The notes under the pieces were generated by a model. The model searched no databases. It was not told the DNA's origin and worked only from the letters and a program-made list of their open reading frames with translations. A stretch of DNA of 12,736 bases from a candidate division WOR-3 bacterium. GTDB taxonomy: Bacteria > Hydrothermota > Hydrothermia > B15-G9 > WFZT01. Positions 5,840 through 12,736 of the stretch are shown here, piece by piece. The position numbers and the translations under genes are program-made. Position 1 is the first letter of the stretch; each line of letters opens with the position of its first letter. The stretch spans positions 1 to 12,736 of the forward strand of contig JALUEE010000064.1 in NCBI GenBank assembly GCA_027053075.1, given 5' to 3'.

Positions 5840-7878
5840 TTGCTTTCTTCCTGCTCCTTCTTGGCTTCTTCGATTATTTTCTGAGCGATCTCCTTTGGCA
5901 CTTCCTGATAGTGAGAGAACTTCATTGTGAATGTGCCACGTCCCTTTGTAATGGACCTGAGAGTTGATGAATATTTGTAAAGCTCTGCAAGAGGCACATG
6001 GGCCTTGATTACCTGCATCTTTCCTTCGGCTTCCATCCCGAGGATTCTACCACGACGTGAATTCAGGTCACCAATCACATCTCCCATGTACTCCTCGGGA
6101 ACCCTTACCTCGACCTCATAAACAGGCTCAAGGAGGTACGGGTCTGCATTGGCCTCAGCCTCTTTAAATGCCATGGAGCCAGCAATTTCAAAGGCAAGGT
6201 TAGACGAATCAACCGGATGGTACTTTCCATCATAAAGGGTTACTTTGACATCAACAACCTTATATCCCGCGAGTACACCCTTCTCCATGGCCTTTTTAAT
6301 TCCGGCCTCAACAGATGGGATGAACTGTGATGGAATCGCCCCGCCAAAAATCTCATTAACAAATTCGTATCCGCCACCGCGTGGCAGGGGCTCTATTTTT
6401 ATGTAACAGATTCCATACTGACCGTGTCCACCTGTCTGCTTAACATACTTACCCATTGCTTGTGCAGGCTTACGGATGGATTCACGATAGGGAATCTTGG
6501 GCTTGGAAGTGTCCACATTCACCCCAAACTTATCTCTGAGCTTTGAAACAATCACATCAAGATGAATCTCACCAAGACCGGAAATTAATGTTTGCTTGAG
6601 CTCAGGGTCGTAATGAAATTCAAATGTCGGGTCTTCGTCTCTCAATCTTGAAAGACCTTCTGAGACCTTTTCCTGGTCTTCTCTGGTCTTCGGGACAATG
6701 GCCACGGAAATCGTCGGGTGCGGAAATTCAATACCTTCGAGAACAACAGGTCTGTCTTTGGAACAAAGAGTATGGCCGGTCTTGGTTTCCTTGAGCTTTA
6801 CAAGCGCGCCAATCATTCCAGGGATGAGCTTATCTGTCTCTTTTCTTTCCTTACCCCGGACGAGATAAACCTGGTTGATCTTCTCGGTGCGCCCGAGATT
6901 TGCATTCAAAACCTCGGTTCCAGGAGTGAGTGTTCCTGAATAAACTTTTATGAGGTAAAGCTCTCCAACATGTAGCTCTGAGATGGTTTTGAACACAAGG
7001 GCAACAAGGGGTTCATTGGGATCAGGTTTAATTTCAATTTCTTCATCCCCCGCCTTGCCAATTTCTTTAGGAGCATTGAGAGGAGAGGCACCATATTCAG
7101 CAATAAAGTCCACAAGCTCCTCAACACCTATCATTTCTTTTGCCTCTCCAAAGAGCAAGGGGATAATATCACCACTGATGATACCTTCTCTCAGTGTTTT
7201 GGCAAGCTCGTCTGATGAAATTTCCTCGCCTTCCATATACTTTTCGAGGAGCTCCTCAGAAAGCTCAATGGTGGCCTCTTTCAACTGCTCGGCCCACGCT
7301 TCGGCCATGTCTTTGCATTCGGCATCAAGGGATGAGAGGTCACCATTGACGAGGTCAAATACCCCTTTGAACCCTTCACCCGAGCCGAGAGGAACCTGCA
7401 GGGGAACAACTCCGTTTCCAAAAGTATCCTTAAGCTCCTGAATTAGGGCATCCACGTTAATTTCAGGGGATTTCATTTTATTGACAAAAATGATCCTTGG
7501 AATCCCCCTCTTCTTTGCAATTTCATAATATTTTTCAGCCCCCACCTCGACACCGGAGGACGCATCAATGACAACCACTGCATTATCCGCGGCCCTTAGA
7601 CCTGCTGCGACCTCACCTGCAAAATCAAGATAACCTGGTGTATCAATAAGATTTATCCATTTCCCTTTCCAGTCGAAGTAGGCCACTGCGAGATTAATGG
7701 TAATCTTACGTTTAACCTCTTCTGGATCGAAATCAAGGATGGAATTTCCCTGATCCGGACTATTTAAACGGCTTGTGACTTTTGCCTTATAAAGGATTGC
7801 CTCAGCAAGGGAAGTTTTACCTGAACCACCGTGGCCAATAAGAGCGAAATTTCTGACAGCACTCACATCTAAACTCAT
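5836..7878 (-). CDS. fusA: Elongation factor G paralog (EF-G2-like), 680 aa
   Basis: G1 GHGGSGKT, switch I RKITI, G3 DTPGY, domain III EDPT and GLGEIHL, domain IV KQTGGHGQYG, GGAIP and YHPVDSS, domain V LLEP..GDLNSRRG..LRSIT.GRG. SD AAGGAGGA at 7891-7884. No rpsL/rpsG/tuf neighbours and divergent G motifs, so a paralog rather than the housekeeping fusA. Confidence 0.93.
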   Translation of the reverse strand: MSLDVSAVRNFALIGHGGSGKTSLAEAILYKAKVTSRLNSPDQGNSILDFDPEEVKRKITINLAVAYFDWKGKWINLIDTPGYLDFAGEVAAGLRAADNAVVVIDASSGVEVGAEKYYEIAKKRGIPRIIFVNKMKSPEINVDALIQELKDTFGNGVVPLQVPLGSGEGFKGVFDLVNGDLSSLDAECKDMAEAWAEQLKEATIELSEELLEKYMEGEEISSDELAKTLREGIISGDIIPLLFGEAKEMIGVEELVDFIAEYGASPLNAPKEIGKAGDEEIEIKPDPNEPLVALVFKTISELHVGELYLIKVYSGTLTPGTEVLNANLGRTEKINQVYLVRGKERKETDKLIPGMIGALVKLKETKTGHTLCSKDRPVVLEGIEFPHPTISVAIVPKTREDQEKVSEGLSRLRDEDPTFEFHYDPELKQTLISGLGEIHLDVIVSKLRDKFGVNVDTSKPKIPYRESIRKPAQAMGKYVKQTGGHGQYGICYIKIEPLPRGGGYEFVNEIFGGAIPSQFIPSVEAGIKKAMEKGVLAGYKVVDVKVTLYDGKYHPVDSSNLAFEIAGSMAFKEAEANADPYLLEPVYEVEVRVPEEYMGDVIGDLNSRRGRILGMEAEGKMQVIKAHVPLAELYKYSSTLRSITKGRGTFTMKFSHYQEVPKEIAQKIIEEAKKEQEESK

Positions 7879-7915
7879 AATCGTCCTCCTTAATGGATTT
7901 CAAAAATTGGCATAA

Positions 7916-7945
7916 ATTATAGACTTCCCTCAATTTTGGTGTCAA
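7916..7945 (-). promoter_or_regulatory. Consensus sigma70 promoter of the EF-G paralog/DUF89 operon
   Basis: Minus strand TTGACA (7945-7940), 18-nt spacer, TATAAT (7921-7916); both hexamers are perfect. Confidence 0.85.
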
Positions 7946-8044
7946 CTTAAGGGAAAATGTTCCCCTGGTTATTTTTTAGCTGTGAATAGATTGACCAGAG
8001 AAGTGAGGTTAAACAAGTTTCACCAAGCATGATAAGTTGCGAAA

Positions 8045-8085
8045 CTCCCTCCCTTCCTCTGGAAGGGAGGGTTGGGGTGGAATGG
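8045..8085 (-). repeat. Extragenic palindrome, copy B
   Basis: Stem CCCTCCCTTCC (8047-8057), loop TCT, GGAAGGGAGGG (8061-8071). On the minus strand it reads CCATTCCACCCCAACCCTCCCTTCCAGAGGAAGGGAGGGAG (pyrimidine tail followed by hairpin). Confidence 0.78.
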
Positions 8086-8141
8086 ATAAATTAGTTGAGC
8101 AAAAATATTTATGTTCAGGTTATCATTCGAAAGAGCGTTAA

Positions 8142-8190
8142 TCTTTCCCCATTCTCCCCTGACCCCTCCTTCCCCGGGGAAGGAGGGGAA
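8142..8190 (+). repeat. Extragenic palindrome, copy C
   Basis: Pyrimidine tail TCTTTCCCCATTCTCCCCTGA followed by a perfect 26-nt palindrome CCCCTCCTTCCCCGGGGAAGGAGGGG (8163-8188). Confidence 0.8.
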
Positions 8191-8322
8191 ATTTACCGAC
8201 TGGTTTGCGATAGTTAACGGAATTATGAGAATCTTAAAAAGTGCAACTTAAATTGAGGATTTTTCGAAACAGACTTACTTAAGGAGAACCTCGCTTGAAT
8301 GTTTAGAAAGATCAAAATGTAA

Positions 8323-8368
8323 GCCCTCACCCTAACCCTCTCCCGCGAAGCGGGAGAGAGTTAGGGGC
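8323..8368 (+). repeat. Extragenic palindrome, copy D (BoxC-like)
   Basis: GCCCTCACCCTAACCCTCTCCCGC-GAA-GCGGGAGAGAGTTAGGGGC: a 17-bp stem (8330-8346/8350-8366) with one mismatch, about 28 nt downstream of the DUF5916 gene stop. Confidence 0.8.
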
Positions 8369-8395
8369 ATTCCGCTTAAAATTTTTAACCCAACC

Positions 8396-10474
8396 CTAAA
8401 ATGGTATTGCCCAGCGGATTTTTACCGCTGCTATGCTCTCGCTCTTCTCAAGTTCATTTTCTCCCTCCTGATATGCCTGGTTAAGCACGATATAAAACGT
8501 AGATTTGGGCATAAACTGATATTTAAACCTCAGTCCAAACCTCACACTTCCAACGTCCCACTTATTCTGGTAGTAGGGGACCGTTTCCACTGTAATAACC
8601 ACACTCTTTTCGGGGTCAAAATAAATTCCAATACTCGGACGAAAACTCAAGAATATCTCCTCCACATTGTTCGTCTTCCCAAGCTCCACCCAATAATTAA
8701 AATCCTCCATAAACGAAACGTGGTCAGTTATAGAAAAATTCCCCCATACACCACCGTTGAAAGTCCAGCCAAATAAATTGAGCCGGTAATTCCATTTCTT
8801 AGCAAGATTATTCCATGTTCCACAGCTAAATTTGCTGCTGTTTTTCCCAAACTCAAAGTGCCCCGTCCACGTCGTCCTGTTTACCCCAAAGTCATAACTA
8901 TTACCGATCCCTCCAAAACCTGAAATAACAAATCCACCTCTGAAATTTAATCTGCTAAAGAGTATAAGTGTTTTCTCATATACGTCTTCCCCATGCTTTT
9001 TGTTAATTATCACTTCAAAAGCTCGCATTACAAATCTCACCTTCTTACCTCTGGGGTATGTTACCTTTCCTCCTATAAGTCTTATCCATACTCCGGGGTC
9101 TTCACCCAAATAGCCCGTTGAATTCAAATTTAATTTCTCGCCAACATAACTAAACCCCACGCCTCCAAGGAAGCTTGAATAAAAGTAATCATAACCTATC
9201 CTAAATCCATTCCCCCACACTGTATCTGCCTTGGAGCGAACTCCCTGAAAAATTACCTCGTGTGGACCAGAGTTAAATTTACCATCAAGCGAAAAATTTG
9301 CATCAATGTTTGACGAATCCTTCCTTGAGGCGATCAAAACTCCTACAGTTGATTTACCCAGAGTTTTAAACCTGAATACATTCCACAAATAAGCAGGCTC
9401 ATAATCTGAATCACCATAGTGGACACCTTCTGTGTAGATGCCCATATAACCAATCTGGCTTTTTGAAGTTTTGGCTGTGAACTTTGCCCCAAAGAGAATG
9501 GGAACCTCTGTTCCATCTGGAAGTCTCCTCCCGATTCTTCTCGAATAAAACACGTGGAATGGCCAAAAAACATCTCCGAAGGTGGTTCTCACAGGCTTGA
9601 ATATCTCATTTGCTTCTACGAAGAATGGACGTCTCTCACGTAAGTATAGCTCATATTTCGATAGATTCAGTGCAAAGGGATCTGCCTCTATCTGGGCAAA
9701 ATCAGGCTTAAAAGTTGTGTTGAGAATAAAATTCGGTGAAATGTTCCAGTTGAAATCAAGTCCAAAACGAGGCCTGGTTTTACCCTTCCCCACACCATAA
9801 TCTTCATTTTTAACAAGACCAACAGGATAAAACTCCATTCCCATTCCGCGAGTTCCGGGCTTAATAGCCTCGAGGATTCCGTAGGCTGAAACCCTCTCCT
9901 GATACTCTTTGGGTGGTAAAGGCCAGTAATCAACTTCATGGAGGTTAGGGATCCATCTTTTCACCTGCAAGCCCCATTTCGAAATGCCAGCCTTGTACCT
10001 GATCGATCTGAAAGGGATTTTAAGTTCTGCCACATATTTGTGAGGATAAGTCTTGACCTTCGCGAACCAGTATCCATCCCATGCCGAATTCTTTCTCGCT
10101 CCGTTATCAGAAATGACACCATCTTCTTTATAACCGGGTGCAGAGACCCGGAAATAATACGCATCCTGCCTTGAAAAAACAGGATCAAGATAAATAGTAA
10201 CTCCATCGTTCGATCCGGAAAGTGTGGCCATTAGCTTTCTTTTTCCTGTATATGCAACAGCGAGGATATAGAGGTTTGACTCATCCTGCAAAAATTTAAC
10301 CACAGTTTTGTAAGTAGCAGGTTCACCGTAATCGGGAATAAACTGCTTGAACTCGTAAATCGAATCAGCAGTAGTCCAGATAGAATCCACAATTCCGTCT
10401 AATTTCGGAGCCTTTGCAACTGCCTTCACGGATACACTGTGAAGGGCAGCTACCAATAGCAAACCTAACAGCAT
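8396..10474 (-). CDS. Secreted/outer-membrane protein with an N-terminal CBM9-like domain, DUF5916-like region and C-terminal beta-barrel
   Basis: Hydrophobic N-terminal signal peptide; APKLDG...W...T.V...D..NLYI...AELKIPF.SIRY...WG (CBM9/DOMON-like); PDFAQIEAD...L...ERRPFF.E...FYSRRIG (DUF5916 signature); alternating aromatic/Gly strands ending KIRWAIPF. SD AAAGGAGGT at 10488-10480. Confidence 0.8.
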   Translation of the reverse strand: MLLGLLLVAALHSVSVKAVAKAPKLDGIVDSIWTTADSIYEFKQFIPDYGEPATYKTVVKFLQDESNLYILAVAYTGKRKLMATLSGSNDGVTIYLDPVFSRQDAYYFRVSAPGYKEDGVISDNGARKNSAWDGYWFAKVKTYPHKYVAELKIPFRSIRYKAGISKWGLQVKRWIPNLHEVDYWPLPPKEYQERVSAYGILEAIKPGTRGMGMEFYPVGLVKNEDYGVGKGKTRPRFGLDFNWNISPNFILNTTFKPDFAQIEADPFALNLSKYELYLRERRPFFVEANEIFKPVRTTFGDVFWPFHVFYSRRIGRRLPDGTEVPILFGAKFTAKTSKSQIGYMGIYTEGVHYGDSDYEPAYLWNVFRFKTLGKSTVGVLIASRKDSSNIDANFSLDGKFNSGPHEVIFQGVRSKADTVWGNGFRIGYDYFYSSFLGGVGFSYVGEKLNLNSTGYLGEDPGVWIRLIGGKVTYPRGKKVRFVMRAFEVIINKKHGEDVYEKTLILFSRLNFRGGFVISGFGGIGNSYDFGVNRTTWTGHFEFGKNSSKFSCGTWNNLAKKWNYRLNLFGWTFNGGVWGNFSITDHVSFMEDFNYWVELGKTNNVEEIFLSFRPSIGIYFDPEKSVVITVETVPYYQNKWDVGSVRFGLRFKYQFMPKSTFYIVLNQAYQEGENELEKSESIAAVKIRWAIPF

Positions 10475-10487
10475 GATTTACCTCCTT

Positions 10488-11243
10488 TTAATAGTGGGAC
10501 AAAACCCCCATATTCCGTGCCTTTTTCTCAAAATATGAAAACACGGCAAAACCAATAAAAAGGTAGAGAAACGACGTAAAAGAAAGTATTAAGAGGTCAG
10601 TCCCCGGAAGTTGCCATAATTTAATACCATCGTGCATAACTTTTTGAATCATGCGATATCCGAGTCCAAGGGGGAGAAATTTCAGGTATAGATGCTTTTC
10701 CACAGGTGCAGCAATGAGAAAAGCAAAGGCAAGCTGCATTATCTGATAACTCGAGCTAATTCGTTTGTAAATCAGGGCAAGTCCACCGAGCATAAACCCA
10801 AGACCATAAATCGCGATAATTGTTATTATCCAGAGAGGAATTATCGAGACGACATCAAGGTGAAGGAATTTGCCGGTTGTTATCATCATCAAAATTAAGA
10901 TGATACTCTGAATGAGGAACGAGTATATGAAGTTAGCTACAATCATTGCAGCAGATACCCATTTGAATCCATAGGGTATCATAAATAGCTGCTCAAGAGT
11001 TCCCAATCTCGCTTCAGAAAGTAAAGACTGGGATAGCAAACTGTAAGCATCAAGAGTTGATCCCCATATCCAGAAGCCTACCACTATACCCTCGATTGTT
11101 TTATTACCCAGGAAAGATTTTGCCCCTAAAAATACAAAGAGGAAGATCATGTAGAGGGTGAAAATGTAGGACAGAGTATTGAAAAAATAAAATCGCGTAT
11201 CGTAGTATTCCCTTTTTATCATTGCCCAGAATAGATTGAGCAT
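10488..11243 (-). CDS. ABC-2 type exporter permease
   Basis: 251 aa with about 6 hydrophobic segments, N-terminal xKRE and the E.R.GTLEQL motif of ABC-2 permeases. Starts 3 nt after the ATPase stop, with SD AGGAGG at 11256-11251. Confidence 0.88.
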   Translation of the reverse strand: MLNLFWAMIKREYYDTRFYFFNTLSYIFTLYMIFLFVFLGAKSFLGNKTIEGIVVGFWIWGSTLDAYSLLSQSLLSEARLGTLEQLFMIPYGFKWVSAAMIVANFIYSFLIQSIILILMMITTGKFLHLDVVSIIPLWIITIIAIYGLGFMLGGLALIYKRISSSYQIMQLAFAFLIAAPVEKHLYLKFLPLGLGYRMIQKVMHDGIKLWQLPGTDLLILSFTSFLYLFIGFAVFSYFEKKARNMGVLSHY

Positions 11244-11246
11244 TTT

Positions 11247-12185
11247 CTATCCTCCTGCCACAAATCTTATAAAAACTTCTTCGAGATCAGGCTGGATTTT
11301 TTCGATTGATATGAGTTTTCCACCACTTCTTCTGATTACTTCCAAGAGCTCATAAAGTGCGTCCTCGTCCTGAAGCTCAAATTCAACGGCCCTGTTTTCC
11401 TCTTGGTCATAGCTCTTTAAGACCTTTATGCCATTCAGGAAATCAAAATTTATGTTTCCATTTTTGAAGACCACTTTGAAGAAGTTTGCTGAAAACATAT
11501 CAATCAGGTTTGAGACCTTGTCGTCTGCTATTATTTTCCCCTTCTTAATGATGATTACCCTGTCGCAAATATCCTGGACGACTTTCATGTTGTGACTTGT
11601 AAGGAGAATAGCATTACCATCATTTTTTGCAATGTCCCTGAGAGTATTTTTAAGTTCGTTGGTGGTCATCACATCCAATCCCAGTGCTGGCTCATCAAGG
11701 AGCAATAAAGGGGCTTTCCTTATTAATGCACAGCACACAGCAACCTTTTGCTGCATACCTCGTGAGAGCTTCATCACTGGTTTATCGGCAACCTCTAAAA
11801 GATTAAATTTTTCCAGTAATTCTTCACGATAGTTTCGAATGCTCCCTGTAGAAAATCCCCATGCATTTGCGAAGAAATCGATATTCTGTCTTGGGGTTAA
11901 TACCCAGTAGATATTCCTGTTACTCTCGAGAACAGCGGCAACCTTCCTGAGGGTATGTTTTTTATCACTGCGGATATTTTTACCATCGATGAAAATGTCT
12001 CCAGAAGTGGGTTCAATAAGTGAGGCAATCATTTTTACTGTTGTGGTCTTCCCTGCACCGTTTGGCCCAAGCAACCCAACAATTTCTCCCCTCTTGACTT
12101 CAAAACTTATATTATCCACAGCAAGGACCTTTTTCGACCTATAGCTATAAATTTTGCTTACGTTTTTGACTTTAAGGATATCCAT
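11247..12185 (-). CDS. ABC transporter ATP-binding protein (DrrA/CcmA-like exporter type)
   Basis: Walker A GPNGAGKTT, signature LSRGMQQK, Walker B LLLLDEP, xGLD, H-loop TSH and C-terminal LEEVF. Start is uncertain: ATG 12185 (MDILKVKNVSK) or TTG 12200, neither with a clear SD. Confidence 0.93.
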   Translation of the reverse strand: MDILKVKNVSKIYSYRSKKVLAVDNISFEVKRGEIVGLLGPNGAGKTTTVKMIASLIEPTSGDIFIDGKNIRSDKKHTLRKVAAVLESNRNIYWVLTPRQNIDFFANAWGFSTGSIRNYREELLEKFNLLEVADKPVMKLSRGMQQKVAVCCALIRKAPLLLLDEPALGLDVMTTNELKNTLRDIAKNDGNAILLTSHNMKVVQDICDRVIIIKKGKIIADDKVSNLIDMFSANFFKVVFKNGNINFDFLNGIKVLKSYDQEENRAVEFELQDEDALYELLEVIRRSGGKLISIEKIQPDLEEVFIRFVAGG

Positions 12186-12353
12186 TTTCTTTTCGACCAA
12201 AAATTTGAATGAAACTGAGGTTTTGAGATAAGCCGTAAAGTTTGGAAAATTTCATCCACTTCTATTTCCCCCTGTCGTTAATTTAGAAATTTTCTGACTT
12301 TATCCAGCTTCCCAAATCACAATTTTCTTCTGCCTTTTGCATAAGAGGAAGTC

Positions 12354-12425
12354 TTAGTACCACGCTGGACAAGGTAGTTCTCTCATGGGCTTACCAAAAC
12401 TCAAATTGTCTTCAGCAGTGTGCAT
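12354..12425 (-). CDS. Putative 23-aa small protein MHTAEDNLSFGKPMRELPCPAWY
   Basis: ATG directly abuts the upstream stop (TAA-ATG) and has GAGGAGG 5 nt upstream. Too short for the ORF track. The SD could be a by-product of Glu-Glu-Ala codons. Confidence 0.4.
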   Translation of the reverse strand: MHTAEDNLSFGKPMRELPCPAWY

Positions 12426-12736
12426 TTATGCCTCCTCAGTTTCACCAGGTTCAATATATCCAACATGCACTGGTCCCAATTTTGTAAAAATGTTAAAAAC
12501 AGGGACATTACCTTCCATTGATACAATCTCCGGCTCTATCTCGAGTGAACCATGCTTTTGCGAAGCATTCACCAGTGCTTTAAATCCCGGAGGAAGCAAT
12601 ATCTTTACACCACCAAGTTTATTTGATAGATTAAGTGTTTGTATCCCCTCATGGAGAAAGAGTTCTGCCCCACCAAGATGAGTGCTAATATTTGCAACCT
12701 CTGCCGTTACATCTAAAATGACTTTCCCCAATGAAA
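12426..12736 (-). CDS. C-terminal part of a beta-strand-repeat protein (DUF4097/LiaG-like), 5'-truncated by the window edge
   Basis: The frame is open to the window edge. Recurrent xxG-x-hydrophobic-x-hydrophobic units: SLGKVIL, HLGGAEL, KLGGVKI, KHGSLEI, KLGPVHV. The family assignment rests on this pattern only. Confidence 0.55.
   Translation of the reverse strand, partial: SLGKVILDVTAEVANISTHLGGAELFLHEGIQTLNLSNKLGGVKILLPPGFKALVNASQKHGSLEIEPEIVSMEGNVPVFNIFTKLGPVHVGYIEPGETEEA

Noticed and set aside
7925..7955. TTCCCT...AGGGAA inverted repeat around the -35 box of the EF-G paralog promoter as an operator
   Set aside because: Only 6-bp arms with a 19-nt spacer; indistinguishable from chance without comparative data.
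8281..8322. AAGGAG followed by the mini-ORF MFRKIKM (+)
   Set aside because: The 12-nt SD-ATG spacing is long, the ORF has only 7 codons, and there is no other support.
8045..8368. Clustered palindromes as a CRISPR array
   Set aside because: The repeats are non-identical, in mixed orientation and irregularly spaced, and there are no cas genes.
11750..11770. Non-canonical ABC signature LSRGMQQ as a sign of an inactive ATPase
   Set aside because: LSxGM-type signatures are common in DrrA-like exporters, and Walker A/B and the H-loop are intact.
12158..12259. 33-codon GTG ORF (after GGGGG) overlapping the ABC ATPase start out of frame, as a uORF or frameshifted N-terminus
   Set aside because: The SD is weak, the peptide is unrecognisable, and the ATPase already begins with a normal N-terminus (ILKVKNVSKIY).
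1855..12681. Remaining short alternative-frame ORFs in the track (e.g. 2128-2361, 2665-2850, 3716-4039, 4258-4713, 6983-7441, 9582-9800, 11632-11832, 12385-12681)
   Set aside because: They lie within or antisense to well-supported CDSs and show no independent protein motifs.

Overview
Bacterial chromosomal window with sigma70-type promoters and GGAGG Shine-Dalgarno (SD) sites. A predicted outer-membrane beta-barrel suggests a diderm host. Left to right: (1) a minus-strand unit of promoter, tRNA-Ser(GGA), tRNA-Ala(CGC) and a DUF1015-family gene that runs off the left edge and is missing from the ORF track; (2) short-type adenosylhomocysteinase ahcY (-), divergent from prpD-prpB (+), with no prpC in the window; (3) a stand-alone EF-G paralog (EF-G2-like) coupled to a DUF89/ARMT1-like phosphatase (-); (4) a ~0.5 kb intergenic region with three related C/T-rich to G/A-rich palindromes, plus a fourth at 1291-1349; (5) a minus-strand cluster of a truncated beta-repeat protein, a 23-aa sORF, an ABC ATPase, an ABC-2 permease and a CBM9-like/DUF5916 outer-membrane protein. 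Most interesting points: paired G4 (NKxD->NKMK) and G5 (GSA->GEA) substitutions in the EF-G paralog, a CDS starting 10 nt after a CCA-less tRNA, an apparently leaderless prpD under overlapping divergent promoters, the dispersed palindrome family, and the peptide/ABC/barrel cluster. All family calls come from recognising motifs by eye; no searches were run.
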